In this document: piece by piece, positions 10,754 through 21,037 of the stretch
How the letters are laid out: every line of letters begins with the position of its first letter
Position numbering within the stretch: the stretch's first letter is position 1
Assembly (NCBI GenBank): GCA_964399915.1
Contig: CAYNRN010000001.1
Coordinates: 57,646-108,738, forward strand
Direction of reading: 5' to 3'
DNA length: 51,093 nucleotides
Origin: an uncultured Planctomycetales bacterium
Lineage (GTDB): Bacteria; Omnitrophota; Gorgyraeia; Gygaellales; Profunditerraquicolaceae
The notes under the pieces: generated by a model
Databases searched by the model: none
Told to the model about the DNA's origin: nothing
The model's input: only the letters and a program-made list of their open reading frames with translations
Position numbers and translations under genes: made by a program

Positions 10754-11531
10754 ACTTTTATTCAGCCAGACCCTGGGTTGCGATCTGTTTACCCTGCGCC
10801 TTAATAAAGACAGGCGCCTGGCAAGAAAAGAGTCTTCTTTCATCGCCTCGGCTTTAAAGAGGAGGATAAAGGGCGAGCCTCTGCAGTATATCTTGGGAGA
10901 AACGGAGTTTATGGGGTTAAGATTCAAATTAGATAAGCGCGTGCTGATTCCGCGGCCTGAGACGGAGTTAATTGTAGAAAAGGCAATAAGATTGGTTAGA
11001 AGTTATGGGTTAGAGGTTAGGGATTTGGATGTCCTGGATCTGGGAACGGGTTCCGGCTGCATTGCAGTATCTTTAGCAAAGTTTTTACCGGAAGTAAAAA
11101 TTACCGCGACGGATATTTCAAAAGAAGCGTTAGATGTAGCCAGGGAAAATGCAAAGTTAAACAATGTAAGCATAAATTTTCTTCAAGCCGATTTCTTTTC
11201 TATCTATAACCTACAACCTATGACCTACAACCTAATAATAAGCAATCCCCCTTATATCGCGGAAGCTGAAATCGATAGTCTGCAGCCGGAAATACGATAT
11301 GAGCCGCGTATCGCCCTAAACGGCGGGGCGGACGGGCTTGACTTTTACCGCCGCCTGGCAGTAGAGATACCCTGCCATATGAAAGAAAAGGGCTTACTGG
11401 TATTAGAGATGGGGTTCGGGCAGTCCGGCGCGGTAAAATCAATATTTAAGATGAGCGGAAAACTTATCGAAAAAGAGTCAATCAGGGATTATAATAATAT
11501 AGAACGGGTATTAGTCTTAGAAAGGGCATAG
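10740..11531 (+). CDS. prmC: release factor glutamine N5-methyltransferase
   Basis: SAM-binding motif [11 protein letters not shown] and the NPPY motif (IISNPPYI). It is adjacent to and overlaps prfA. Confidence 0.9.
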   Translation: MNEPELLFSQTLGCDLFTLRLNKDRRLARKESSFIASALKRRIKGEPLQYILGETEFMGLRFKLDKRVLIPRPETELIVEKAIRLVRSYGLEVRDLDVLDLGTGSGCIAVSLAKFLPEVKITATDISKEALDVARENAKLNNVSINFLQADFFSIYNLQPMTYNLIISNPPYIAEAEIDSLQPEIRYEPRIALNGGADGLDFYRRLAVEIPCHMKEKGLLVLEMGFGQSGAVKSIFKMSGKLIEKESIRDYNNIERVLVLERA

Positions 11532-11535
11532 CTAG

Positions 11536-12798
11536 ATGGAGAAGCTGATTATTGAGGGTGGGGCGAGATTAAAGGGAGAAGTTTCTGTCTCGGGTTCTAA
11601 GAATGCGGTGCTGCCGATTATGGCAGCAACTTTACTTACCGATTATCCCTGCATAATCAAGGGGGCCCCGGCGCTTCGCGATGTCAATACAATGATTAAA
11701 ATACTGCGTTCTCTGGGAAAGACGGTTGAGTTTGATAACGGGGTAATTACCGTAACTGCCGGCAAGCGGGAAGGATTTACCGCCGATTATAAACTGGTTT
11801 CCACGATGCGCGCCTCATTTTGCGTATTGGGGCCGTTATTAGGCAGATTAAAGAAAGCAAAGGTCTCCCTCCCCGGAGGCTGTATTATCGGCATCAGGCC
11901 GGTGGATCTGCATCTTAAAGGCATCAAAGCCCTAGGCGCTGAAGTAAGCACTGATTCCGGATATGTCGTAGCAAAAGCACCCCGGCTAAAAGGCGGGCAT
12001 ATCTACTTAGGAGGGGTTTACGGTTCATCGGTATTGGCTACGGATAATGTGATGATGGCAGCGGTAATGGCAAAGGGTAAAACAATAATCGAGTCTGCTG
12101 CCTGTGAGCCTGAAGTCGTAGACTTGGCGGATTTCCTGATTAAAATGGGAGCTAAGATCAAAGGGCACGGCAGCCACACCATAGAAATAGAAGGGGTATC
12201 TTATCTGCGCGGAGCAGAGCAGGTGATAATCCCCGACAGAATTGAGGCAGGGACATTGATGATTGCGGCGATGATTACCAGGGGCGATATTATCATCCGG
12301 AATGCGGTCTATCAGCATTTGGGCGCTCTGATTGATAAGCTTGAGGAGGTAGGAGCGCAGATTACCAAGAATGACGGCGCTATCCATATCCGCTCCAAAG
12401 CAAGATTATCTCCGGTTAATGTCACCACTCTTCCTTATCCGGGTTTCCCTACTGATATGCAGGCTCAGGCGATGAGCCTGATGACAGTGACCCCGGGTAT
12501 CAGCGTAATTACCGAGAAGATCTATCCTGACAGGTTCATGCATGTGGCTGAGCTTAACCGTATGGGCGCGCATATACAGAGAGAGGGGCCCCATGCCATA
12601 GTCGAGGGAATAAAGTGTCTTTCTGCCGCTCCGGTCATGGCATCTGACCTGCGCGCTTCCGCAAGCCTTGTTTTAGCGGCCCTGGTAGCAAAGGGAAAGA
12701 GCTCGGTTTCCAGGATCTATCACCTTGACCGCGGATATGAAAATCTCGAACTAAAGCTGGAAAAGCTGGGGGCGAGGATCTGGAGGGAGAAGGAATAG
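11536..12798 (+). CDS. murA: UDP-N-acetylglucosamine 1-carboxyvinyltransferase
   Basis: 420 aa with the active-site loop LPGGCIIGIRPVDLH and an N-terminal SGSKNAVLPIMAA. Confidence 0.95.
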   Translation: MEKLIIEGGARLKGEVSVSGSKNAVLPIMAATLLTDYPCIIKGAPALRDVNTMIKILRSLGKTVEFDNGVITVTAGKREGFTADYKLVSTMRASFCVLGPLLGRLKKAKVSLPGGCIIGIRPVDLHLKGIKALGAEVSTDSGYVVAKAPRLKGGHIYLGGVYGSSVLATDNVMMAAVMAKGKTIIESAACEPEVVDLADFLIKMGAKIKGHGSHTIEIEGVSYLRGAEQVIIPDRIEAGTLMIAAMITRGDIIIRNAVYQHLGALIDKLEEVGAQITKNDGAIHIRSKARLSPVNVTTLPYPGFPTDMQAQAMSLMTVTPGISVITEKIYPDRFMHVAELNRMGAHIQREGPHAIVEGIKCLSAAPVMASDLRASASLVLAALVAKGKSSVSRIYHLDRGYENLELKLEKLGARIWREKE

Positions 12799-13362
12799 AT
12801 GTTATTAATGATAGATAATTACGACTCTTTTACCTATAACCTGGTGCAGTACCTCGGTGCGCTGGGCGCCCGGGTAAAAGTATTCAGGAATGATAAGATA
12901 TCCGTTGACGGGATAAAGAAATTAAGGCCGCGAAAAATAGTGATTTCTCCGGGCCCCGGCAGGCCGGAAGATGCCGGCATATCCTGTAAGCTGATAAAAG
13001 AGCTGGGAGGTAAAATTCCTATATTAGGCGTATGCCTCGGTCATCAGTGCATCGGCTATGTTTACGGCGGGCGCATTGTAGGGGCGAAACGGTTGATGCA
13101 CGGAAAAACGTCGTTAATCTATCACAACCGTAAAGATATATTCAAAGGCATCCCCAATCCTTTCGAAGCAACGCGTTATCACTCCCTGATCATAGAAAAG
13201 AAGAGCTTTCCTTCTCAGCTGGAAATAACCGCCTGGACTAAAGAGGGCGAGATTATGGCTTTAGCGCATAAGCAGTATCCTATCCGGGGTGTACAGTTTC
13301 ATCCGGAATCCGTATTGACTAAGCCCGGGAAAAATATTCTGGATAATTTTCTCAAGCTATGA
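12799..13362 (+). CDS. trpG: anthranilate synthase component II / glutamine amidotransferase
   Basis: 187 aa class I GATase with GVCLGHQ and the HPES triad region. It sits directly upstream of trpD, and its start abuts the murA stop. Confidence 0.85.
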   Translation: MLLMIDNYDSFTYNLVQYLGALGARVKVFRNDKISVDGIKKLRPRKIVISPGPGRPEDAGISCKLIKELGGKIPILGVCLGHQCIGYVYGGRIVGAKRLMHGKTSLIYHNRKDIFKGIPNPFEATRYHSLIIEKKSFPSQLEITAWTKEGEIMALAHKQYPIRGVQFHPESVLTKPGKNILDNFLKL

Positions 13363-14381
13363 TAAGGGGCATAATAAAAAAACTGGCAGAGAAGAAAGAT
13401 TTAAGCCCTCAGGAATTGCGCGCGGCATTAGAGGAGATATTCAGCGGCAGCGTAGCAACCGCGGATATCGTAGAGTTTTTAGCATCCCTTAACGATAAAG
13501 GCGAGACAGTCGAAGAGCTTACAGCGGCGGTTGAGGTAATGCTTAAATATGTCGAACCGATTGTCGTCAATAAACCGAATATCCTGGATACCTGCGGCAC
13601 GGGTGGAGACAGGAAAGATACTTTCAATATATCTACGATCAGCGCTTTTGTGGCTTCCGGCGCAGGGATCACTGTTGCCAAGCACGGTAACCGCAGCGTT
13701 TCGAGCAAATGCGGTAGCGCTGATGTCCTGGAGGCGCTGGGGGTTAATATCAATATGGACAGGCCGCTAATAAAAAAGTGCCTGGAGGAGATAGGCATAG
13801 CCTTTCTTTTTGCCCCCAACCTGCATCCGGTGATGAAACACGTGATGCCGGCAAGAAAGCAGGCAGGCAGGAAGACGATGTTTAATATACTTGGGCCGCT
13901 GATTAATCCGGCACGGGCGACTAATCAGCTGATCGGGGTCTATGGCGGGCATTGGACAAAGATCCTGGCGCGGGTGCTTTTTAATTTAGGCAGCGAGCAT
14001 GTGCTGGTGGTGCACGGCGAAGACGGACTGGATGAGGTGACGACTACCGGAAAAACTCTCATATCCGAGGTTGATAAAGGCGAATTTAAGGACTATGAAA
14101 TTTCTCCCGGAGATTTCGGGATTAAGCGGGCAGGACTGAAGGATCTCTCAGGCGCAGATCCGGAAAAGAATAAGCGCATAGTAAGGGAAGTTTTAAGCGG
14201 TGAGCCCGGAGCGCACAGGGATATTGTGCTTTTGAATGCCGCTTGCGCGATATATGCGGCAAACAAGGCCGCTTCGATTAAAGAGGGCCTTAAACTGGCA
14301 GCCGGGTCAATTGATTCCGGAAGCGCCATGAAAAAATTGGAGTTACTTATTGAATATTCCGAAGGCAGGCATGGCAGATAA
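13359..14381 (+). CDS. trpD: anthranilate phosphoribosyltransferase
   Basis: Motifs DTCGTGGD and KHGNRSVSSKCGSADVLEALG. Confidence 0.95.
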   Translation: MIRGIIKKLAEKKDLSPQELRAALEEIFSGSVATADIVEFLASLNDKGETVEELTAAVEVMLKYVEPIVVNKPNILDTCGTGGDRKDTFNISTISAFVASGAGITVAKHGNRSVSSKCGSADVLEALGVNINMDRPLIKKCLEEIGIAFLFAPNLHPVMKHVMPARKQAGRKTMFNILGPLINPARATNQLIGVYGGHWTKILARVLFNLGSEHVLVVHGEDGLDEVTTTGKTLISEVDKGEFKDYEISPGDFGIKRAGLKDLSGADPEKNKRIVREVLSGEPGAHRDIVLLNAACAIYAANKAASIKEGLKLAAGSIDSGSAMKKLELLIEYSEGRHGR

Positions 14382-15159
14382 AGATGTATTAAAAGAGATC
14401 ATCGCCAGGAAAAAAGAGAAGATTGCACTGGCAAAACAGGCGCTCAGCGAGGAAGAGTTAAAGGCGGGAATTTCTTCTGCCGGTCCGGTTAGGCCGTTTA
14501 TCGCCTCAATCCATAAGCCGCGTACCATCTCTTTGATTGCCGAGATAAAAAAAGCTTCTCCTTCTAAAGGAGTAATCCGGCAGGATTTTAACCTCCAGGA
14601 GGTAGCCAAAGGCTATCAGGAGGCCGGTGTCCAGGCAATTTCGGTGCTTACGGAAGAAGATTATTTTTCAGGCAGCATCTCTTATCTTAAAGAGGTAAAA
14701 AACTTAGTCAACGTACCTGTGCTCAGAAAAGATTTTATAATCGATCCTTATCAGGTTTACGAATCCCGTTATTACGGAGCCGATGCCATGCTTTTAATCG
14801 CCGATATCCTTTCTAAGGATATGATCGTGCAATTGACAGGGATTGCCTCTTCAATCGGGCTTGAGTGTTTGATTGAAGTACACGATGAAAAGGAACTTAA
14901 AAAAGTCCTCAATCTTAAAGTCCCTGCAGTCGGAATCAATAACCGCGATCTGCATACCCTGAAAGTTGATTTTTCCACGACCGAGAAGCTCTTTACCCTG
15001 ATTCCTAAAGATAAAATCGTTGTGGTAGAAAGCGGGATAAAGAGCTATCAGGATGTTTTATTTTTAAAGATCCTCGGAGTCAGCGCAATCTTAGTCGGAG
15101 AGGCGTTTATGGAGGCCGCTGATATACGCGCTAAAGTTGTAGATCTAATGGGATGGTAA
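14371..15159 (+). CDS. trpC: indole-3-glycerol phosphate synthase
   Basis: IAEIKKASPSKG motif. ATG 14371 is preceded by GAAGG, whereas the listed 14350 start is a TTG without an RBS. Confidence 0.9.
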   Translation: MADKDVLKEIIARKKEKIALAKQALSEEELKAGISSAGPVRPFIASIHKPRTISLIAEIKKASPSKGVIRQDFNLQEVAKGYQEAGVQAISVLTEEDYFSGSISYLKEVKNLVNVPVLRKDFIIDPYQVYESRYYGADAMLLIADILSKDMIVQLTGIASSIGLECLIEVHDEKELKKVLNLKVPAVGINNRDLHTLKVDFSTTEKLFTLIPKDKIVVVESGIKSYQDVLFLKILGVSAILVGEAFMEAADIRAKVVDLMGW

Positions 15160-15767
15160 AGGTAAAGATATGCGGGATAACAAACCTGGAAGATGCCCGC
15201 TCGGCAATTCAGGCAGGATGCGATGCCTTGGGATTCGTATTTTACCACAAAAGCCCGCGCTATATCACTCCGGAGAAAGCGGCAGTGATTACCGGGCAAT
15301 TGCCCAAGTCAATCAAGAAAGTCGGGGTATTTGTCAATGCAAGCGAAAAATGCGTTAGGGCGATAGCCAGAAAATGCCGGCTTGATTGGCTGCAGTTTCA
15401 TGCGGAGGAAACGCCGGAATTCTGCCGCAGGTTTAAGGGCTACAGGGTAATTAAGGCCTTTAGGGTAAAGGATGATATAGATTTAGAGGAGATAAAAAAA
15501 TATAAGGCCTGTGTTTATCTGTTTGATGCTTTCAATAAGAGAAAATTCGGCGGCACCGGCAGGGTTTTTGATATCAGGCTGCTTAAAGGCTTAAAGGGGA
15601 TAAAGAGGCCTGTATTTTTGTCCGGCGGTTTGACTTGTGCCAACGTAAAAAAAGCAATTGCTGTTTGTTCGCCTCAATGGGTGGATGTTTCCAGCTCGGT
15701 AGAGATAAGGCCGGGCAAGAAGGACAGAAATAAGATTATCAGGTTCATCAAGGCGTCAAAAGGTTAA
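15153..15767 (+). CDS. trpF: phosphoribosylanthranilate isomerase
   Basis: [11 protein letters not shown]-terminus, about 200 aa, located between trpC and trpB. Confidence 0.9.
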   Translation: MVKVKICGITNLEDARSAIQAGCDALGFVFYHKSPRYITPEKAAVITGQLPKSIKKVGVFVNASEKCVRAIARKCRLDWLQFHAEETPEFCRRFKGYRVIKAFRVKDDIDLEEIKKYKACVYLFDAFNKRKFGGTGRVFDIRLLKGLKGIKRPVFLSGGLTCANVKKAIAVCSPQWVDVSSSVEIRPGKKDRNKIIRFIKASKG

Positions 15768-15768
15768 G

Positions 15769-16134
15769 ATGAAAAAGTGCCCTTATTGCGCGGAAGAGAT
15801 TCAGGAGGATGCCTTAAAGTGCAGGTATTGCGGGGAGTTTTTCGAGAAGAAGCCCCTGCGTAATAACTGTTTTTTCGGATGCCTGCTCAGCTTTGTCCTC
15901 GGGGTGGTTGTTTTTCTCCTGTTGATTAATTTAGGGTTCGCATTACTGAAATTTTTCCTTCAGCGGGCTTTTTTCGGCATGCCGGATAGCGGCAGCGGAT
16001 ATTACTTTTATTATCCTTTTCCCGGAGCATCGGGGATAACAGAATTTTTCAGGAATTTTTCCGATTTTCTGACGCGTTACTGGGATAAATTCCTTAATTT
16101 ATTTCACGGCGGATTGATGTATTATAACGTATAG
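15769..16134 (+). CDS. zinc-ribbon membrane protein of unknown function, embedded in the trp operon
   Basis: N-terminal CPYC-x13-CRYC zinc ribbon followed by a hydrophobic span ([27 protein letters not shown]). It starts 1 nt after the trpF stop and ends 10 nt before trpB. Confidence 0.6.
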   Translation: MKKCPYCAEEIQEDALKCRYCGEFFEKKPLRNNCFFGCLLSFVLGVVVFLLLINLGFALLKFFLQRAFFGMPDSGSGYYFYYPFPGASGITEFFRNFSDFLTRYWDKFLNLFHGGLMYYNV

Positions 16135-16144
16135 GAGTGATGCC

Positions 16145-17308
16145 ATGTTACCGGATAAAACAGGACATTTTGACGGTTTCGGAGGCAGGTATGTGCCGGA
16201 GACGCTGATTTGCGCTCTGGATGAATTAGAGCGCCAATACCAGCGGTCTAAACACGATAAGAAATTTGCGCAGGAACTGCAGTATTACCTTAAAGAATAC
16301 GCCGGCAGGCCCACGCCTTTATACCTTGCCGCTAATTTAAGCAGGTATTTAGGCAGGATGAAGGTATATCTTAAAAGGGAGGATCTTTTGCATACCGGGG
16401 CGCATAAGATAAATAATACTTTAGGCCAGGTATTGCTGGCGCGTAGGATGAAAAAGAAACGGATTATCGCTGAAACCGGCGCCGGCCAGCACGGAGTGGC
16501 AACCGCTACCGTTGCGGCGATGTTCGGTTTAGAGTGCGATGTATATATGGGGGAGGAGGATATCCGCAGGCAGAGGCTGAATGTCTTGAGGATGGGCCTC
16601 TTAGGCGCTAGAGTGATTCCGGTAAAGAGCGGCTCAAAGACGCTCAAAGACGCAATGACCGAAGCTATCCGCGACTGGGTCACAAACGTACGCACGACTT
16701 ATTATATTATCGGCAGCGTTGCTGGGCCGCATCCGTATCCGGCAATGGTAAGGGATTTTCAGTCGGTTATCGGTAAAGAGGCAAAACAACAGATATTAAA
16801 AAAAGAAAAGAGGCTCCCTGATTATCTGGTTGCATGCGTCGGAGGAGGGAGCAATGCTATGGGCCTCTTCCATAATTTTTTCGGCGACAGGCAGGTTAAA
16901 TTTATCGGTGTAGAAGCCGCTGGCCTAGGAATATCTACGGGTAAACACGCCGCTACCTTAGTCGACGGCAAGACCGGGATTCTGCACGGATCGAAATCAG
17001 GGCTTTTGGAAGACAGGTTCGGGCAGGTAAAAATAGCCCATTCTATCGCAGCTGGCCTTGATTATCCGGGGGTCGGGCCTGAGCATGCCTATTATAAGAA
17101 GATCGGGCGCGCTAAATATGTGGCAGTCGGTGATAAACAGGCGCTGGAAGGTTTTCGTTTGTTATCCCGGAATGAGGGCATAATCCCCGCGCTTGAACCG
17201 TCGCACGCGATATATTACCTCAAAATTTTAAATAGAAAAGTAAGGAAGGGTTCATTGGTTATCCTTTGCCTTTCAGGCAGAGGCGACAAGGATATGGAGG
17301 CGGTTTAA
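16145..17308 (+). CDS. trpB: tryptophan synthase beta chain
   Basis: PLP-lysine motif HTGAHKINN and the GGGSNAMG loop. Confidence 0.95.
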   Translation: MLPDKTGHFDGFGGRYVPETLICALDELERQYQRSKHDKKFAQELQYYLKEYAGRPTPLYLAANLSRYLGRMKVYLKREDLLHTGAHKINNTLGQVLLARRMKKKRIIAETGAGQHGVATATVAAMFGLECDVYMGEEDIRRQRLNVLRMGLLGARVIPVKSGSKTLKDAMTEAIRDWVTNVRTTYYIIGSVAGPHPYPAMVRDFQSVIGKEAKQQILKKEKRLPDYLVACVGGGSNAMGLFHNFFGDRQVKFIGVEAAGLGISTGKHAATLVDGKTGILHGSKSGLLEDRFGQVKIAHSIAAGLDYPGVGPEHAYYKKIGRAKYVAVGDKQALEGFRLLSRNEGIIPALEPSHAIYYLKILNRKVRKGSLVILCLSGRGDKDMEAV

Positions 17309-17311
17309 AAG

Positions 17312-18100
17312 ATGAACAGGATAGAGAAAAAATTCAGGCAGTTAAAATTAAGCAATAAAAAGGCCTTTATCGCCTTTATCACCGCAGGCTACCCGTCGCT
17401 TGCTGCGACAAAGAACCTTGTCTTCGGGCTTGAGCGCGCAGGGGCGGATATTATTGAGTTGGGGGTTCCTTTTTCTGATCCTATGGCAGACGGGCCGGTA
17501 ATTCAGGAAGCCAGCCAGGCAGCTTTAAAAAAAGGCGTCCATCTTCAGGATATTTTAGAAACCGTCAAAGAGCTGCGCAAGTCTACGCAAATCCCGATTT
17601 GCCTGATGACCTATTATAATCCTATCTTCTGTTTCGGAAGAGAACGTTTTGCTTCGCAGGCAGCCCGTTGCGGCATGGACGGCCTAATTATCCCCGATTT
17701 GCCTCCGGAAGAAGACAGGGAGTTTATCAAGATTACCAAGCGCAGCGGTATTGACCTGATCTGTTTTATTTCTCCGACTACTTCTCTCAAGAGGGCGAAA
17801 ATTATCTCAAAGGTATCCAGGGGTTTTATCTATTATGTTTCCCTCACCGGCGTTACCGGAGCGCGTAAGGGCCTTGTCGAAGGACTAATCCGCCACCTGC
17901 GTTTAATAAAGAAAATCACCGATAAGCCGGTTTGTGTGGGATTCGGAGTAAGCCGCAGAGAGCAGATCAGGCAGTTATATGGCGTAGCCGATGGTGTTAT
18001 TGTGGGCAGCGCGATTATAGAAAAGATAAAGCATAACATTAACAGGAAAGACATGCCCGAGAGAGTATCTGTTTTTGTTAAAGGATTAAAAAGTGTATAA
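17312..18100 (+). CDS. trpA: tryptophan synthase alpha chain
   Basis: Motif ELGVPFSDPMADGPVIQ, 262 aa. Confidence 0.95.
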   Translation: MNRIEKKFRQLKLSNKKAFIAFITAGYPSLAATKNLVFGLERAGADIIELGVPFSDPMADGPVIQEASQAALKKGVHLQDILETVKELRKSTQIPICLMTYYNPIFCFGRERFASQAARCGMDGLIIPDLPPEEDREFIKITKRSGIDLICFISPTTSLKRAKIISKVSRGFIYYVSLTGVTGARKGLVEGLIRHLRLIKKITDKPVCVGFGVSRREQIRQLYGVADGVIVGSAIIEKIKHNINRKDMPERVSVFVKGLKSV

Positions 18101-19361
18101 GAAGACAACCCTTTCCAACGGTTTAAGAATTGTAAGCTGCCGTATCGCACAGATGCAATCCGTATCTCTGGGGATATGGGTGAAGACAGGCGGCCGCTAT
18201 GAAAACGAAAAAGATAAAGGGGTCAGCCACTACCTGGAGCACCTTTTGTTCAAGGGGTCGAAAAAATACAGCTGCCGTAAAATTAAGGAGACAATTGAGG
18301 GGCTGGGCGGTTCTTTGAATGGTTTCACCTCCGAGGAGCTCAGCTGTTTTCTGGTGAAAATCCCGGGGCGCTTCCTTAATACGGCTTTGGATATCCTCTC
18401 CGACATGGTGATAAATCCTCTGCTTACTCAGGAGGATATCGATAAAGAGAGAAGCGTAATACTGGAAGAGATTAAGATGTATAAGGACCAGCCGCGCGCT
18501 TATGTGCATGATCTTCTCGATGGGCTTTTATGGCCGAACCAGCCGCTGGGGATGCCGATCATCGGCTTCGAGGACACCGTCAACAATATGAGCAGAAGCC
18601 AGATCTGCGGTTTTAAAGAAGATAATTATTCTGCAGCTAATATAGTGGTTAGCGCCGCGGGGATACTTGACCACCAGCGGCTCAGCGATAAAGTAAAAGC
18701 ATTAGCCGCTAAGGTTAAACCGGCAAAAGAAAACCGGTTCCTGCCCGTAAAAGAAAAGCAGAGAGAGCCGCAATTAAAAATTTTGCATAAGGATACCGAG
18801 CAGAGCCATCTGGCGATGGGGTTCCACAGTTTTAAAAGAGAGCACCCCCTAAAGTACGCGCTGAGTTTGCTGCATGTAATCTTGGGTGCAAATATGTCTA
18901 GCCGGCTTTTTAATGAAGTAAGGGAAAAGCGCGGCCTGGCTTATGAGATCGGGACACAGGTAAAACGCCTGGATGATACCGGTTCTTTCCTGGTGCATGC
19001 CGGAGTCGACAACGCTAAGGTCGAGGAGGCATTGGAATTGATTTTAAGGGAATTGGCAAGGATGAAATCGCATCCGGTGCCTGCGGCAGAACTAAAGCGC
19101 GCCAAAGACTTTTCTATCGGGCAGCTGGTGCTTGCATTGGAAGATACGCTTGAGCATATGCTTTGGATCGGCGAGTATACCGCAAGCCTCAACAGGATAG
19201 AAAGCCCTGACGAGGTCATTGCGCAGCTGAATAAAGTTGAAGCCACGGGAATCATGAGGGCAGCGCGCGAGATATTTGATAACAAAAAACTCAATCTTGC
19301 TGCCATCGGCCCGCTGGCGGGCAGGGAAGATTCAATTCGCGCTAAATTAGCAATAGATTAA
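18093..19361 (+). CDS. M16 family zinc metallopeptidase (insulinase-like)
   Basis: Inverted zinc motif HYLEHLLFKG (HxxEH) near the N-terminus, 422 aa. GTG start overlapping the trpA stop. Confidence 0.85.
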   Translation: MYKKTTLSNGLRIVSCRIAQMQSVSLGIWVKTGGRYENEKDKGVSHYLEHLLFKGSKKYSCRKIKETIEGLGGSLNGFTSEELSCFLVKIPGRFLNTALDILSDMVINPLLTQEDIDKERSVILEEIKMYKDQPRAYVHDLLDGLLWPNQPLGMPIIGFEDTVNNMSRSQICGFKEDNYSAANIVVSAAGILDHQRLSDKVKALAAKVKPAKENRFLPVKEKQREPQLKILHKDTEQSHLAMGFHSFKREHPLKYALSLLHVILGANMSSRLFNEVREKRGLAYEIGTQVKRLDDTGSFLVHAGVDNAKVEEALELILRELARMKSHPVPAAELKRAKDFSIGQLVLALEDTLEHMLWIGEYTASLNRIESPDEVIAQLNKVEATGIMRAAREIFDNKKLNLAAIGPLAGREDSIRAKLAID

Positions 19362-19364
19362 AGC

Positions 19365-20384
19365 ATGACAAGTACACTAAATCCCCTCCTTCTAATATTA
19401 TTTCTGTTTTTTCTGGCGCTTTTTTCTTTCCTTTTTTCGGCTTCGGAAATGGCGGTCATCGCTTTAAGCAAAATACGCCTGCGCAATATGATTGCTAAGG
19501 GCGTACGGAGAGCCCAGAGTATCCAGCGCTTAACGAATAAGCTTGATAAGTTTATCGCCGCTATACTCATCGGCAATGATTTCGTCAATATCGCCATATC
19601 GGCTATTATTACCGCAATCTTCGTGCACTTTGCGGGATATCGCGTAGGGGTGGTCGTAGCGACTTTCGTCTCATCTTTCTTCGTGCTGATCTTCTGCGAA
19701 ATTACCCCTAAAATCCTCGCTACAAAACACACTGAAGAAGTAGCTTTATTTACCGCCCCGATTATGGAATTTTTCATCAGGGTTTTCCATCCTATAATTA
19801 TCGTCTTTACCGGTATCAGTAACCTTATTTTAAGGGCTCTGGGTGTTCATCCAAAGAAGGTATCTCCCCTGATCACCGAAGAGGAGATAAGGATGATGAT
19901 CGAAATCGGCAGGGACGAGGGGGTATTAAGCGACAAGGAAAGGAAGATGTTGCACAGGATCTTTGAATTCGGCGACACAAAAGTAAGCGAAGTAATGGTT
20001 CCGCCGGAGAGAATCAGCGCGGTAAACGTAAATTTCACTTTTGATGAGCTATTGAACGTGTTTGTCGAACACGGCTATGCGCGTCTTCCGGTATTTTCCG
20101 GGACAATTGATAATATTATCGGTATTATTCACGCGCGCGATATCCTGTATTTAGTGCGCGATAAGGGGCTATTCCTGCTGCAGGACTTGCTTCACGAGCC
20201 GTATTTTGTCGCTCCCACGATGCGGGTGACCGAGCTTTTAGAGAAGTTCCAGTCTGAAAAGATCCAGATGGCGGTAGTGTCCCAGGAGAGGAAGAAAACC
20301 CTCGGGCTGGTCACCCTGGAAGACCTGGTTGAGGAGATAGTCGGAGAGATAGAAGAGGAACATAAAGCCCGTCTCGGGAAATAA
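19365..20384 (+). CDS. CNNM/DUF21 membrane domain plus CBS-pair protein (hemolysin/CorC-like), lacking the usual C-terminal CorC_HlyC domain
   Basis: N-terminal transmembrane helices followed by ...ERKMLHRIFEFGDTKVSEVMVP... and two CBS-like repeats. The protein ends shortly after LEDLVEEIVGEIEEE. Confidence 0.75.
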   Translation: MTSTLNPLLLILFLFFLALFSFLFSASEMAVIALSKIRLRNMIAKGVRRAQSIQRLTNKLDKFIAAILIGNDFVNIAISAIITAIFVHFAGYRVGVVVATFVSSFFVLIFCEITPKILATKHTEEVALFTAPIMEFFIRVFHPIIIVFTGISNLILRALGVHPKKVSPLITEEEIRMMIEIGRDEGVLSDKERKMLHRIFEFGDTKVSEVMVPPERISAVNVNFTFDELLNVFVEHGYARLPVFSGTIDNIIGIIHARDILYLVRDKGLFLLQDLLHEPYFVAPTMRVTELLEKFQSEKIQMAVVSQERKKTLGLVTLEDLVEEIVGEIEEEHKARLGK

Positions 20385-20387
20385 GCA

Positions 20388-20465
20388 TTGACCGGCTCAA
20401 GCCAAGTTGTATAATATTTGAGCTTGAGTTTGCCGCTTGACTGGCAGTTATAGGTGTGGTAATAT
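20388..20465 (+). promoter_or_regulatory. two tandem sigma70-like promoters upstream of the small zinc-ribbon gene
   Basis: P1 is TTGACC (20388-93), 16 nt, TATAAT (20410-15). P2 is TTGACT (20437-42), 17 nt, TAATAT (20460-65). Confidence 0.5.
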
Positions 20466-20496
20466 TTACAAACAAGCCAACCAAAGGAGGAAGCAA

Positions 20497-20646
20497 ATGG
20501 CAGAAAAAGGATATTGTGTAAAGTGCAAAAAACCCAGAGAAATGAAAGACGAGCAGAAGGTTACGATGAAGAACGGCCGCGCGGCGATGAAAGGGAAATG
20601 CCCTGAATGCGGCACAGGCATGTATAAGATCTTGGGAAAAAAATAG
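20497..20646 (+). CDS. small CxxC...CxxC zinc-ribbon protein (recalled as DUF5679-like)
   Basis: MAEKGYCVKCKKPREMKDEQKVTMKNGRAAMKGKCPECGTGMYKILGKK. AAAGGAGG lies 7 nt upstream of ATG 20497. The listed start 20437 falls inside the promoter. Confidence 0.7.
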   Translation: MAEKGYCVKCKKPREMKDEQKVTMKNGRAAMKGKCPECGTGMYKILGKK

Positions 20647-20996
20647 TGCTTCAGTTAGCCCGGCGTATTGCGGCTGTCGCAAAATCCAAGAAAGCCCTTA
20701 AAACAGTAATCCTGGATATGCGAAAGCTTACCTACTTCTGCGATTATTTTGTAATCACCGGCGCCAATTCCCACAGGCAGGTTAATGCAATTGCCGGCGC
20801 CATTCAGGAAGATTTAAGCAAGCAAGGAATAAAATCTCTCTCAGAGGTGCCATCTGCGGATGAGTCGGGATGGATAGTATTAGATTACGGCTCTGTAGTA
20901 GCCCATGTCTTTTATAAACCGATGAGAGAGTTTTATTCTTTAGAGCGCCTCTGGTCGGATGCAAGGAAGGTGGCTTTGAGCCGGAAAACGCGTTAA
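20646..20996 (+). CDS. rsfS: ribosome silencing factor RsfS (iojap-like)
   Basis: 116 aa. The sequences ...VILDMRKLTYFCDYFVITGANSHRQVNAIA... and ...GWIVLDYGSVVAHVF... are typical of RsfS. GTG start overlaps the previous stop by 1 nt. Confidence 0.85.
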   Translation: MLQLARRIAAVAKSKKALKTVILDMRKLTYFCDYFVITGANSHRQVNAIAGAIQEDLSKQGIKSLSEVPSADESGWIVLDYGSVVAHVFYKPMREFYSLERLWSDARKVALSRKTR

Positions 20997-21037
20997 AATC
21001 CTCTTTTTCGCACAACCCGCCTTAAAAGGTACCTTAA

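Noticed and set aside
20437-20496. The upstream extension of the small zinc-ribbon ORF (listed start 20437).
   Set aside because: The extension overlaps the predicted promoter P2 and has no RBS. ATG 20497 has a perfect AAAGGAGG and gives the conserved MAEKGYC... N-terminus. Similar reasoning led me to reject start 30233 for trxA, 34210 for def and 7519 for coaE.
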